DNA of 64,000 nucleotides from Mobula hypostoma. Its lineage: Eukaryota. A program made the position numbers and the translations under genes. Below are positions 36,826 through 49,695 of this stretch, in pieces (position 1 is the first letter of the stretch; each line of letters begins with the position of its first letter). The stretch spans positions 120,344,001 through 120,408,000 of the forward strand of contig NC_086097.1 of assembly GCF_963921235.1 (NCBI RefSeq), written 5' to 3'. A model generated the notes under the pieces. The model was not told the origin of the DNA, made no database searches, and saw only the letters and a list, made by a program, of their open reading frames with translations.

Positions 36826-39219
36826 TAGTTCCCTAACGCGGTCCCTAAGGAGCTGCAGCTCGACACACCTGGCGCAGATGTGGCCATCTGGGAGGCTGGG
36901 TGTCTCCAGGACCTACCACATCTGACACCCAAGCACAGAATACTGGCCTCATACACATACTTTCTGCCTGTATTCTACACAAATAACTTACCTTGCCTCA
37001 ACCCTTTATCACCGAAGCCCCATTGAGCCAAATCCTTCTTACTCTGTCTCCCTCGACTCTGACGCTCGCTTCCTCGACACCCGCTGTGTAAGTCTGTCTT
37101 CTTTTTAAGCTCTTCTCGATGAACTTCGTCTGGTCAGGGAGAGTGAGGAGGTAATAGAGAGGAGCTATAGGTAGGTGGTCACTCCAGGAGCTGGGGATTC
37201 AGGTAAGTGGGTAACAGTCAGGAGAGGGAACAGCAAGAAGAAGATGCTAGAGAGTATCCTAGTGGCTGTCCCCCTAAACAGCAAGTAGTCCTGTTTGAGT
37301 GCTGTTGGGGGAGATGGTCTACCTGGGCGAAGTAACAGTGGCCACACCTCTGGCGCAGAGTCTGGCCCTGTGGATCAGAAGGGTAGGGAAAGGAAGAGGA
37401 TGGCAGCAGTGATAGGGGACTCTATAGTTAGTGGGTCAGACAGGCGAATCTGTGAACACAGGAAAGAAACACGGATGGTAGTTTGTCTCCCAGGTGCCAG
37501 GGTCCAGGATGTTTCTGATCGCGTCCACAATATCTTGAAGTGAGAAGGAGAACAAACAGAGGCCATGGTACATATTGATACCAACAACATAGGTAGGAAA
37601 AGGGAGGAGGTCCTGAAAAAAGAGTACAGGGTGTTAGGAAGGAAGTTGAGGAGCAGGACCTCAAAAGTAGTAATCTCAGAATTACTGCTTGTGCCATGTG
37701 ACAGTGAGTATGGGAATAGAATGAGGTGGAGGATAAATGCGTGACTGAGGGATTGGAGCAGGGGGCAGGGATTCAGATTTCTGGATCATTGGGACCTCTT
37801 TTGAGGCAGGGGTAACCTGTAGAAAAAGGATGGGTTGCACCCAAATCCCAGGGAGACCAATATACTGGCGGGGAGGTTTGCTAAGGCTATTGAGGAGAAT
37901 TTAAACTAGAATTGCTGGGGAGTGGGAACCAAACTGATGTGACGGAGGAAAGGGAGGTTGTCTCACAAATAGAGAAAGCTTGGAGACAGTGTGAAAGGGA
38001 GGATAGGCAGGTGATAGAGAAGGTACACGCTCAGACTGATGGTTTGAGATGTGTCTATTTTAATGCGATGAGTATTATGAACAAAGTGAATGAGCTTAGA
38101 GCATGGATCAGCACTTCGAGCTATGATGTTATGGCCATTACAGAGACTTGGATGGTGCAGGGGCAGGAATGGCTACTTCAAGTGCCAGGCTTTAGATGTT
38201 TCAGAAAGGACACAGAGGGAGGCAAAAGAGGTGGGGGCATGGCAGTGTCAATCAGGGATAGCATCACGGCTGCAGAAAAGGAGGAAGTCATGGAGGGGTT
38301 GTCTATGGAGTCTCTGTGGGCGGAAGTTAGGAACAGGAAGGGGTTAGTAACTCTACTGGGTGTTTTTATAGATCACCCAATAGTAGCAGGGGCATTGAGG
38401 AGTAGATAGGGAGACAGAATCTGCAAAGGTGTAATAATAACAGGTTTGTTGTGGTGGGTAATTTTAATTTCCCAAATATTGATTGACATCTCCCTAGAGT
38501 GAGGGGTTTAGATGGAGCGGAGTTTGTTAGGTGTGTTCAGGAAGGTTTCTTGACACAAGAGATAGATAAGCCTACAAGAGGAGAGGCTGTACTTGATCTG
38601 GTATTGGGAAATGAACCTGGTCAGGTGTCAGGTCTCTCAGTGGGAAAGCATTTTGGAGATAATGATCATAATTCTATCTCCTTCACCATAGCATTGGAGA
38701 GGGATAGGAACAAACAAGTTAGGGAAACGTTTAATTGGAGTAAGGGGAAATATGACGCTATCAGGCAGGAACTCGGAAGCATAAATTGGAAACAGATGTT
38801 CTCAGGAAACATACAGAAGAAATGTGGCAAATGTTCATGGGATATTTGTGTGGGGTTCTGCATTGTTACGTTCCAATGAGACATAGAAAGGATGGTAGGG
38901 TACAGGAACCGTGGTGTACAAAGGCTGTTGTAAATCTAGTCAAGAGGAAAAGAAGAGTTTACGAAAGATTCAAAAAACTAGGTAATGATAGAGATCTAGA
39001 AGATTATAAGGCTAGCAGGAAGGAACTTAAGAATGAAATTAGCAGAGCCAGAAGGGGCCATGAGAAGGCCTTGGCGGACAGGATGAAGGAAAGCCCCAAG
39101 GCATTCTACAAGTATGTGAAGAGCAAGAGGATAAGATGGAGAGAATAGAACCAATCAAGTGTGACAGTGGAAATGTGTATATGGAACCGGAGGAGAAAGC
39201 AGAGGTACTTAATGAATAG

Positions 39220-39314
39220 CAACACACATCAAAGTTGCTGGTGAACGCAGCAGGCCAGGCAGCATCTCTAGGAAGAGGTGCAGTCGACGTTTCAGGCCGA
39301 GACCCTTCGTCAGG
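39220..39314 (-). mobile_element. 95-bp Penelope pseudo-LTR-derived insertion
   Basis: 13-bp TSD ACTTAATGAATAG (39207-39219 and 39315-39327) interrupting the CR1 EVLNEYFASVF motif. Confidence 0.93.
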
Positions 39315-39317
39315 ACT
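39282..39317 (-). ncRNA. Minimal type I hammerhead ribozyme motif (Penelope type)
   Basis: AGUC-CUGACGA-AGG GUCUCGG CCU-GAAA-C-GUC-GACU. Intact CUGANGA, GAAA and GUC core; stem I AGUC/GACU; stem II AGG/CCU; loopless palindromic stem III (ACGU). Activity not shown. Confidence 0.75.
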
Positions 39318-41002
39318 TAATGAATAGTTGGCTTCCGTATTCACTGCAGAAAAAGATCTTGGCAATTGTTGGGATGACTTGCAGTGGACTGCAAAGCTTG
39401 AGCATATAGATATTAAGGAAGAGGATATGCTAGAACTTTTGGAAAGCATCAAGTTGGATAAGTCACAAGGACCAGACAGGATGTACCCCAGGCTACTGTG
39501 GGAAGTGAGGGAGGAGATTGCTGAGCCTCTGGCAATGATCTTTGCATCATCGGTGAGGAGGAGAGAGGTTCTGGAGGATTGGAGGATTGTGGATGTTGTT
39601 CCCTTATTCAAGAAAGGGAGTAGAGATAGCCAAGGAAATTATAGGCCAGTGAGTCATTCTTCAGTGGTTGGTAAGTTTATGAAGAAGCTCCTGAGAGGCA
39701 GGATTTATGAACATTTGGAGAGACATAATATGATTGGGAACAGTCAAAGGCAGGTCGCGCCTTATGAGCCTGATTGAATTTTTGAGGATGTGACAAAACA
39801 TTGATGAAGGTAGAGCAGTTGATGTAGTGTATATGGATTTCAGCAAGACATTTGATAAGGTACCCCATGCAAGGCTTATTGAGAAAGTAAGGAGGCATGG
39901 GATCCAAGGGGACATTGCTTTGTGGATCCAGAACTGGCTTGCCTACAGAAGTCAAAGAGTGGTTATAGATGGGTCACAAAACTGCATGGAGGTCAGTGAC
40001 CAGTGGTGCGCCTCAGGGATCTGATCTGGGACCCCTACTCTTTGTGATTTTTATAAATGACCTGGACAAGGAAGTGGAGGGATGGGTTAGTAAATTTGCT
40101 GATGACACAAAGGTTGGGGGTGTTGTGGATAGTGTGGCGGGCTGTCAGAGATTACAGCGGGACATTGATAGGATACAAAACTAGGCTGAGAAGTGGCAGA
40201 TGGAGTTCAAACCATTCAGATAAGTGTGAAGAGGTTCATTTTGATAGGTCAAATATGATGACAGAATACAGCATTAATGGTGAGGCTCTTGGCAGTGTGG
40301 AGGATCAGAGTGATCTTTGGGTCTGAGTCCATAAGACATTCAAAGCTGCTATGCAGGTTGACTCTGTGGTTAAGAAGGCATACAGTGCATTGGCCTTCAT
40401 CAACTGTGGGATTGAGTTAAGAGCTCAGAGGTAAGGTTGCAGTTATATGGGACCCTGGTCAGACCCCACTTGGAGTACTTTGCTTAATTCTGGTCACCTC
40501 ACTACAGGAAGGACGTGGGCTCCATAGAAAGGGTGCAGAGAAGACTTACAAGGATGTTGACTGGATTAGGGAGCATGCCTTATGAGAATAGGTTGAGTAA
40601 ACTCGGCCTTTTCTCCTCGGAGCTATGAAGGATGAGAGGTGACCTGATTGAGGTGTATAAAATGATGAGAGGCATTGATTGTGTGGATAGTCAGAGGCTT
40701 TTTCCCAGGGCTGAAATGGAGAGGGCATAGTTTTAAGGTGCTTGGAAGTAGGTGCAGAGGAGATGTTAGGGGTAAGTTTTTTACACAGAGAGTGGTGAGT
40801 GCGTGGAATGGGCTGCTGGTGATGGTGGTGGAGGCGGAAACGATAGGGTCTTTTAAGAGACTCCTGGATAGATATAGGGAGCTGAGAAAAATAGAGGGCC
40901 ATGGGTAAGCCTAGGTAGTTCTCATGTAAGGACATTTTTGGCACAGCTTTATGGGCTGTAAGGCCTGTATTGTGCTCTAGGTTTTTATGTTTCTATGTTT
41001 CT

Positions 41003-41480
41003 AAGCAACAGCAACTCAATGCATAAAAGAATGCAGACATGGTCAAGAAAATCTGTCATTATTCTGACCAAACATCTGAATGGGGAAGAAATGTGATCTA
41101 AGTAACCTTGATCGTGGAATGATTATTGATGTCAGACAGGATGGTTTGAGTATTTCAGAAACTGGTTATCTCCTGCATTTTCATGCACAACTGTCTCTAG
41201 AGTTTACAGAGAATGGTGTGAAAAGCAAAACAAAACATCCAGTGAGTGGCAGTTCTTTGTTAATGAGAGAGATTGGAGGAGAATGGCTAGATTACAGGAA
41301 GGTGACAGTAACTCAAATAACCATGCATTGCAACGGTGGTGTGCAGAAGAGTATCTCTGAATGCACAATGCAGCAGACCTTGAGGTGGATGGGCTACAGT
41401 AGCAGAAGCCCATGAAGATACAAGCTCTGGCTTCTTTATTCGGTACTGGGGATACCTAATGAAGTGACCACTGCTTGTAT
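41003..41480 (+). mobile_element. Deleted Tc1-like element, left end missing
   Basis: MGKKCDLSNLDRGMII...GLSISET transposase N-terminus and right TIR tacctaatgaagtgaccactg. Confidence 0.8.
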
Positions 41481-41745
41481 CTGTGACCCACTATGAGCAT
41501 GATTCCAGGATGACAAGGGAAGAAAATTGATGACTTTCTGCAGCTTCTACTCTCCACCCTTCTGAAACCAATGCGTAATATCTTTCATTGAATTTGAATC
41601 TCATAGCATACAGAAAATTTGGAACAAACAGTGCACTGTAATTCTAACCAATTATCGGTCTTCTTCTCCAAAGAAAATAGAAAGTATACTGTGTATAACA
41701 GACCGTCACTTTATCTTAATGCTGAACCACCTAAGACAATTCTTT

Positions 41746-42366
41746 AGATTATGAAGACACATAGTACCGTTTTATTGTCATTTGATAATGCATGCATTAA
41801 GAAATGATACATTATTTCCTCTGGTGTGATATCACAAAACACAGGACAAACCAAGACTGAAAAAACTGACAAAACCACATAATTATAACATATAGTTACA
41901 ACAGTGCAACAATAACATAACTTGATGAAGAAAGTCCGTGACCACAGTAAAGTTCAAAGTTTCTCAAACGTCCCACATCTCACGCAGACGGGAGAAGGAA
42001 GAAAAACTCTCCCTGCCATGCCGACCACAATCCGACTCCAAGTCATCCGAAAACTTCGAGCTCTGATCAGCTCCCTGACACCGAGTACTGAGCGGCATTT
42101 CTGCTGAACGCTTCAACCTCCTTCTCGGTCGCCAAAAGCAGGCAAGGCCGGGGATTTTGAGGCCTACTTTCTGAAAGATTCCCAATCACACAGTAACGAC
42201 AGCAGCGGATGGGCGCTTCAGAAATTTCTCTAGGTGTTCCTCTGTGCTTTCACGTCCATTCTCCATCAAATCAGAATTGTCCACGGCCTCTATTTAACAG
42301 ATACAACGTCATTTTTCACAGGAGAGCTGTGCACGCGCGACCCACTGCCATCTTCTCCTCCCGCCT
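41746..42366 (-). mobile_element. Non-autonomous bipartite retroposon-like repeat
   Basis: CpG-rich minus-strand head ggcgggaggagaagatggcag joined to a T-rich tail ending gacaataaaa...cataatct. No ORF homology recognised. Confidence 0.5.
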
Positions 42367-43319
42367 CAGAATTCTGCTGTCAGAATTTGGTTTCCTGCCA
42401 CTCATTTCAGGTGAGGGATAAAGTAAATTAGGTAAAAATTTAATGTAAGAACTCATCAAAATGAAATGTTAACTATTTTTCTGTCAACAGGTAGTGCTTT
42501 TTTATTACATTAACTACAATTATGCTTGGTTATTTTACAGTTTTATATTAATATATTCATAAGAGCAATTTGTTGCTATCATTCTAGGATGCTACTGCTG
42601 AAATTGATACATGAATATAACTCATAATTTCATTGCTGTGTATGGATTAGCACAAATTGGCCTCTTTAGATCCAATTACCATAGATCTGACTCTTTAGAT
42701 CTGATTCATCCATTGAATAGTGATGTGATCAGTGATAACAACAGTGTTGTTTTGTTGTTTATTGTGTTCTGTATTGTTCCACAGAGCATTGTGGGTATGC
42801 TATGCTGGTGCCAAAATGTGTGGCAACATTTGCAGGTTGGGCTCTAGCACATCATTGGACATCATTAGGTGTGTTGGTTGTTAAAGCAAATGATGCATTT
42901 CACCTTATATTTCCATGTCCATGTGGTAAATAAATTTAAATCTGAATCTGAATTTGAGTTCAGATCTAGACCAAAACTGATCAAGAGTTGATTCAGCACC
43001 AAAATCTGTAAGGGCATCAATAAGTCTCTGATATCCAGTTATTAAATTATGTTTGTAGATTTCTAGTTGTTGAAGTTGAGAAAGGGGCCAGAAAGAATAG
43101 CTCTCCATAAAAAGAAAGATGGAGCAGTGTCATGTGATCCTGATTGGACCAGAGATGTAACATGCCTGGTCCACAACAATGTAATAATGTCACAGACAAT
43201 TTGGAACATTTGTTCTGTCTACATTGTGGCTCAACATGTAAAATAGATTGTGTTCTGCCTTGCAAATAGGCTATCACCTTTTTGAATATACCTGCTTGCT
43301 TAAGTGCATTAAGTTCAAT

Positions 43320-43800
43320 TGGAAAAGTGTGCAGTGATTCACTTTGGAAGATCAAATTTGAAGGCAGAATAGAGGGTTAATGGAAGGATTTTAGCAGTGT
43401 GGAGGAACAGAGCAATCTTGGGGTCCACATCTGTAGGTTCCTCAAAGATGCCATGCAAGTTGATTGGGTTGCGTAGAAAACGTGTGGGGTGTTGGGCTTC
43501 ATTAGTCATGGGGTTGAGTTCAAGAGCTAAGAGGTAATGTTGCAACTCTATAAAAGCCTGGTTAGACCACACTTGGACTATTGTGTTCAGTTCTGGTCAC
43601 CTCATTATAGAAAGGATGAGGAATCTTTAGAGATGGTGCAGAGGAGATTTACCAGGATGCTACCTGAATTAAGAACATATCTTATGAGGAGAGGTTGTAT
43701 GAGTTAAGGTGTTTCTCTTTGGAGGGAAGGAGGATGAGAGATGACTTGATAGAGGTGTTCAAGATGATAAAAGACATAGACAGTGCGAACATGCAGCAGC
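43320..43800 (+). mobile_element. CR1 ORF2 fragment
   Basis: ctggttagaccacacttggactattgtgttcagttctggtcacct translates to LVRPHLDYCVQFWSP. Confidence 0.85.
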
Positions 43801-44372
43801 TTTTTCTAAACTCCAGTGACTACCAGCCATCATTTCTGGGATCATTCTTGTGAACCTTCTCTGGACCCTCTCCAACATCAGCACATCTTTTCATAGATTA
43901 AGGCCCTCAATGAGTGATGACTCTTGACTCAATTAATAGCCAACATTGACCTTGCTATGTAGTAACAGATAATTTGGTTCATATAAAAGTCTCTACATTA
44001 GCAAAAGGAAAATTGTAGCAAAAGTAATGGTTATTTACTTCAAACATGAAAAGAGTAAATATTAAGCCATCCACATAATCCCTGCTGCCAGTATTAAAAG
44101 TAGAGTAGTTTGTACATTTGTATTAGATGTCTCTGTCAAATAACTAATTAATTTACAATGGACAGATGCTACTGCCATAATACAATACTCATCTTTAGTG
44201 TGAACTATTTGGTTCAGAGACTTTGGAAGTAAGAAATTAGATTCTTTTTGAAAAAAAAAAATCTATTCATTACACATAAAGACAAGATTTAATTCTAACT
44301 CAAGGGCACTTAAACCAATAGCAATACCAATCGTTCAGTGAATAAATAAATTATAGAGTTCATATTGTCAAT

Positions 44373-44795
44373 CCTTACTTACTGCCTCTTACACTACTGG
44401 CATTCAGGGCAGCAATGAAGGTCCTCTATTGCTATCAGAGTTCAGGGCTTCCTTCATCGTGCTAATAGTTTCCTCTCAGTTTTCATTACCGTCAGTCATG
44501 CAAGTTCCAGCTGGAGACTCAGGAATACTGTTGCACTCAGACGTAGAAGGATTCTTCATTGCTGTTACCATAACAATTTTGTTTTACCAGTCAGGGTTCT
44601 TAGTCCTGAACTGAAACCATCAACTTGGAGGACTGGTGGACTCCTAGTCTGGCCTCTACCCTTTGAACCATTTGACATTGCTGACCGTACCAAGAGCCAA
44701 AGCATAAAGCCCTGACTCCAGCCAACATAGCTTTCAGGATCATCGAGGCATGCAAGCCTCCAAATCACGACAAGGTTGTGGTCTTCTTGGAAGAT
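44373..44795 (-). mobile_element. RTE-derived non-autonomous element
   Basis: Minus head caaccttgtcgtgatttggaggcttgcatgcctcgatgatcc is RTE-5'-like (compare 22395-22445). Tail gtaagtaag. Confidence 0.6.
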
Positions 44796-45944
44796 ACTGT
44801 CAGGAGCATCAGAGAAGGGGCAAAGTGTGTTTAAAAGGAGCATGGAGACATTGCTCTGGAGAGCTTAAAAGAAACAAGAGAACGTGACATCAGTCAGTTT
44901 AAAGGGAGTGTGGGAATTCGATCCTGGTGAGTTCAAAAGCAGATAAAAGGGAGCATGGTAAGTACAGCCTCATGAGTTAAATGCCAAACTACTGGGATAT
45001 CTAAACAATCATTTTAGAGATTAGATTTTTACTGTACATTGTAAAATGTGCAGTATCGTGGAATTTTGTTAATTGTTCATAAACAGATTCTGGATTATTT
45101 GCATTTCTAACTGTATTAGTAATGAGGTTAATAAAGATAATTTGCTGCAGGTTGTTCTCATCACTGAGTCACCAAATACATAGCAACGCCATTAAATTTA
45201 GATATAATTACAGTAATTCTAGCAACAATTATTTCAGCACATGATAAATAACCTAGTAATTAAATTAATTAACTGAACAAATTAAACATGAAGGGAAGGT
45301 GCACAGGTTGATTGGAGAACCAAATCTGAATGGATGTCATTTCCATTATGCGGTCAAATGAACAGCAATGGACATCATTGCCTTACTTTATTTTTGAAGC
45401 TGAATTTCAAATATTCATTATAGCTTCTGAACACAGCATGACTTTCAAGAAATCAAATTAATTTGTATTTAATTTACATTTGATATCAATTGCTAATGAA
45501 TTTCAGCAGCTGAGATCACTGAACAAAACGCCCTATTATAAACTCTTTAAGGACAGAGACATGTGAATATATGTACTTCAGTGTGTTCAATTAAGTGAAT
45601 GCAAACTCACTACTTCATTGATATATGAGATTTCAAATCTAAATTCCAACTTGAAAATTGCTTCTGATTGCCACTTCTACACTTTCATGAGTTTAACAGA
45701 GTTCTCTTTCCCTTTCTAGAGAAGGAAATTGGCTTTGCATTTTTTATAAGAGAGTCAGAGTGATGCAGAAACTGTAAGTTTAGCTATTAAATTGGCTGGC
45801 CATGTGCTTAAAATCCCAAACAATTACATGTCTAGACCTTTAGCTGCCAGTCTACATATCCATCCTGATTTTCCTGAGTTTCTATTCAGTCTTCCTCAAG
45901 ACTGTGAAAAGAGGATAGTAGAAGTTGACTAACAGAAAAGTTAC

Positions 45945-46652
45945 CTTTATTTGTCGCATGTACATTAAAAAATACAGTGAAATGTATTATTTGTTTGAGG
46001 ATTGTGCTGAGAGCAGCTCACAACTGTTCCCATGCTTCCAATACCAGCATAGCAGGCCTACAACTTATTAACACTAACCATACTGTCACAATATGCGCAG
46101 GCAAGATCAGAACCCAGTTGAGGAGGAAAGACAGACTCCCATGTAGAGATGGTGACCAGACTTTATTCATAAGAATTCCAGTAGAACATTGGTGACTCAG
46201 GTGAGAGACACTGTGAGACATAACATTCTCAAAATAGGTACCCCACAATAAATGCTAATCGGGCGTCCAATTAAATAGTGCAAGTAACATGGAATCACGG
46301 AACCTATCAAAATAAACTTAACAACTTTAAGCAGAATGCACCAGGAGACCGCATTACAAAGAGTGAATCGCTCGAGAAGAACACAAGGAAACCAAAACAA
46401 TTAACGACTCTCATTAAACAACAATTAACCCACTCAGGTTCTCTAAAAACTCGGAGCCCAACGCTCTCCAGCTCATTGTATAGGGCCCAAGAGCTCATTA
46501 CACATACATCTTTGAAATGCGAGAAGAAAAAACAGGAGCACCCAGAGCAAACCCATGGGGTCACAGGGAGAACATACCAACTCCTTACAGAAAGTGGCAG
46601 GAATCAAACCTTGAACAATGATCACTGGTGCTGTAACTGCTATGTTACGTGC
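45945..46652 (-). mobile_element. V-SINE-like SINE split by a solo LTR
   Basis: Tail half (45945-46083) and head half (46503-46652) match 11762-12082. Confidence 0.7.
46084..46502 (-). mobile_element. Solo LTR, 419 bp
   Basis: TGTCAC...ATTACA ends, perfect 5-bp TSD CATAC (46079-46083 and 46503-46507), AATAAA on minus near 46162. Confidence 0.85.
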
Positions 46653-46864
46653 CACTTTATATCAAGATCTGTACCAAAATCTACTGTGTATCAAGACCTA
46701 ATATTTCAAGAAGGTTTGATTTCCCCCTGTGCTATAGGAAAAAGCAAGTACACAAATTTTAAGGTAATCTCAATGTCACTTCAAGTTCTCTGAGAATCAC
46801 AATGTTGTCTTATTAATAAAATAAAGACCATCAAAAGATTAATTGTGGGCTGGAAACAAGATTA

Positions 46865-49695
46865 GCCTATCTAAACTTCTCTTAAACATTGACATCAAAA
46901 TTGCATCCACCACTTGCTCTGACAGCTCATTCTATAATCTCATCACCCTCCAAGTGAAGAAGTTTCCCCTCATGTTCCCCTTAACTATTTCACCTTTCCC
47001 CCTTAATTCCTGACCTCTAGTTGTAGTTTCACCCGACCACTGTGGAAAAAGCCGGCTTGCACTTACACCATCTATAACCCTCATAATTTTTACACCTCTT
47101 TCTAATCCTCTGAATCTAAAGAATACTGTCCTAACCTATTTAATCTCTCCTTATGACTCAAGTCCTCCAGTCCCAACAACATCCTTGTAAATTTTCTCTG
47201 TACTCTTTCAATCTTATTTACATCTTTTCTGTAGGTAGGTAACCAAAACTGCACACAATACTCCAAATTAGGCTTTGCTAACATCTTATACAATTTCAAC
47301 GTAATATCTAAACTCCTGTGTTCAATACTTTGATCTATGAAGGCCAATATACCAAATACTTTCATTATGCCTGTATTTCTTTCAATAAATTGTGGACCTG
47401 TATTCCCAGATCACTTTGTTCTACTGCACATTTCAGTACCCTACAGCTCACTGTGTAAGATTAACCCTGATTGGTCAAACCAAAGTGCAACACCTCGTAC
47501 TGATCTGCATTAAGTTCCATCTGCCAATTTTCAGTTCATTTTCCTACCTGGTCCAGATCCCACTGCAAGCTTTGATAGTCTTCATGACTGTCCACTACAC
47601 CTCAATCTTGATGTCAGCCACAAATTTGTGATCCAGTTAACCACATCCAGATCATTGACATAGATGTCAAACAACAATGGACTCAGCACCATTCCCTGCG
47701 ACACTCCACTAGTCACAAGCCTCCAGTCAGAGAGGCAACAATCTACTACCACTTTGTGGTTTCTTCAGCAAAGCCAATATCTAATCCAATTTACTACCAC
47801 ACCTTGACTGCCAAGATACTGAACCTTCTTGACTGACCTCCCTTGTGGACCTCATAAAATGCTTTTCTGAATTCCATGTAGACAGCATCCACTGCCTTGC
47901 CTTTATCAACTTTCTGGGTAACCTCCTCAAAAAACTCAGTAAGTTTAGTGACACGTGACCTACCATGCACAAAGCCATGCAGACTATCCCTAATCAGTCT
48001 CTGTCTATCCAAGTACATCTATATCCTGTCCATTAGAATACCTTCCAATAACTTTCCCACTACTGGCTCACTGGTCTAAAATTTCCTGGTTTATTCATAC
48101 AACAGGACAACATTACCCATCTTCCAATAATCTGGTACTTCAGCTGTCACTAAGGATGATTTAAATATCTCTGCTAAGGCCCCTGTAATTTTTGCACTTG
48201 CCTCTCATGGGTTCTGCGTTGTCAATGACTGAGGATCTGCCTCAATACTTCTTGCATTAAAAACTATGCAACTCAGAACATTAGTCCCACCATGCTCAAC
48301 ATTTTGATTCCTGACTTTGTCTGAGGTCTTAACAATATATCTCTACAACCACTCCATGGTTGGTTCTGGCACTCTGGATCCAACCCCCCTGCAATTTCCA
48401 ACCCCCTAATACAGTACTAGTAAACCTTCCTTCTGGGATATTGGTCCCCCTCCAGTTTAGGTGCAAACCATCTCTTCAGTAAGGGTCCCACCTTCTCTTG
48501 AAGAGAGCCCAATGATGCAAAAATCTGATGCCCTCCCTCCTACACCAAGTCCTTAGCCATGTGATTAACTGTATACTCTTCCTTTATTTCTGGCTCACTG
48601 ACATGTGGCACAAGTAGCAATCCTGAGATCACAACCCTGCAGGACCTGCCTTTTAACTTAGCACTTGATTCCTGAACTCACTTTGCAGAACCTCATCCCA
48701 CTTCCTACCTATGTCATTGGTACTGTATCTATATGAACCATGACCTCTGGCTGCTCACCCTCCCACTTAAGCATGCTGAGAACTCAACCCAAGATGTCCC
48801 AGACCCTGGCACCGGGGAAGTAACATACCATAAGGGAATCTCATTCTCGTCCACAGAGCTCATTTCTGTTTCCTAAGTAACAAATCCCGTCACCACAGCT
48901 CGCCACTCCCCCCTTGATTTCTGAGCCACGGAGCCAGAAATCTGACGCTGTTACTTCCCTCTGCTAAACCACCCCACACTCTCACCCCTGACAGTATCCA
49001 AAGTGATATACCTGTTGTTGAGGGGCTGGCCACAGGTGTACTCTGCACTGGCTCTTTACCACTTTCCCCGTCTTGACAGTCACTCAGTTTCCTGTGCCCT
49101 GCACCGTGGATGTAACTACCTTTCTGTATGTCCTGCTTATCAACACCTCAGCCACCCAAATGATCCAAAGTTCATCCATATCCAGCTCCAACTCCTCAAC
49201 ACGGAGTGTTAGAAGCTGCAGCTGGATGTACCTCTTGCAGGTGAAGTCATCGGGGACACTGGAGGTCTCTCTCCCTTCCCACATCCCGCAAGAGAAGCAT
49301 TCAACTATCCTGCCTAGCATACCTACTGCTCTAATTGTGCCTATAGCTTGTCACCTTCTCTTACTCAAGCCTCCCCTCGCTGAAGCCTTGAAGAACTAAA
49401 GCCTGAAGTCCCCACTCTAACACTGTTCACTCCAACAATGACATCTCCAATAAAGGCAGCTCCACTTACCCCTGCCTTATTTTTAATTGTCCTTGCTAAT
49501 CCCAGTCTGTAATTGGCCGCTGTCAAAACACCAAAACTCACTGACTAGTGTGAGCCGCCTCTTCCCTCACTCCATATTTCTGACTGGCCGCTGTTCAAAC
49601 TCCAAATCATCCATGAAGCACTGCTTTTTAATGCACATTCACTGACCTGTGTGAGTTGCCTCTTCTCTCACTCCCGATATCTGATTGGCTGAGGT
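46865..49695 (-). mobile_element. Degraded CR1 with 5' UTR, ORF1 and internally deleted ORF2
   Basis: ORF1 Zn finger ECFSCGMWE...FTCKRYIQLQLL...VEELELDMDEL (49084-49320) and RT fragments (47794-48018, 47102-47365). About 100-bp tandem units in the 5' UTR at 49500-49692. Confidence 0.85.

Larger units (their letters stand above)
36826..41002 (+). mobile_element. Near-full-length CR1 with inverted 5' segment (36826-37114 on minus)
   Basis: The minus segment holds the 5' UTR and ORF1 Zn-finger start ending LQLLRDRVREL. The plus segment resumes LD.LRLVRESEEVI, then VIGDSIV (esterase), EN, SKFADDTKVG and a tttctatgtttcta tail. Confidence 0.9.

Noticed and set aside
46278..46793. 171-aa ORF
   Set aside because: It runs across the solo LTR/SINE junction, so it is a chance read-through of unrelated repeats.
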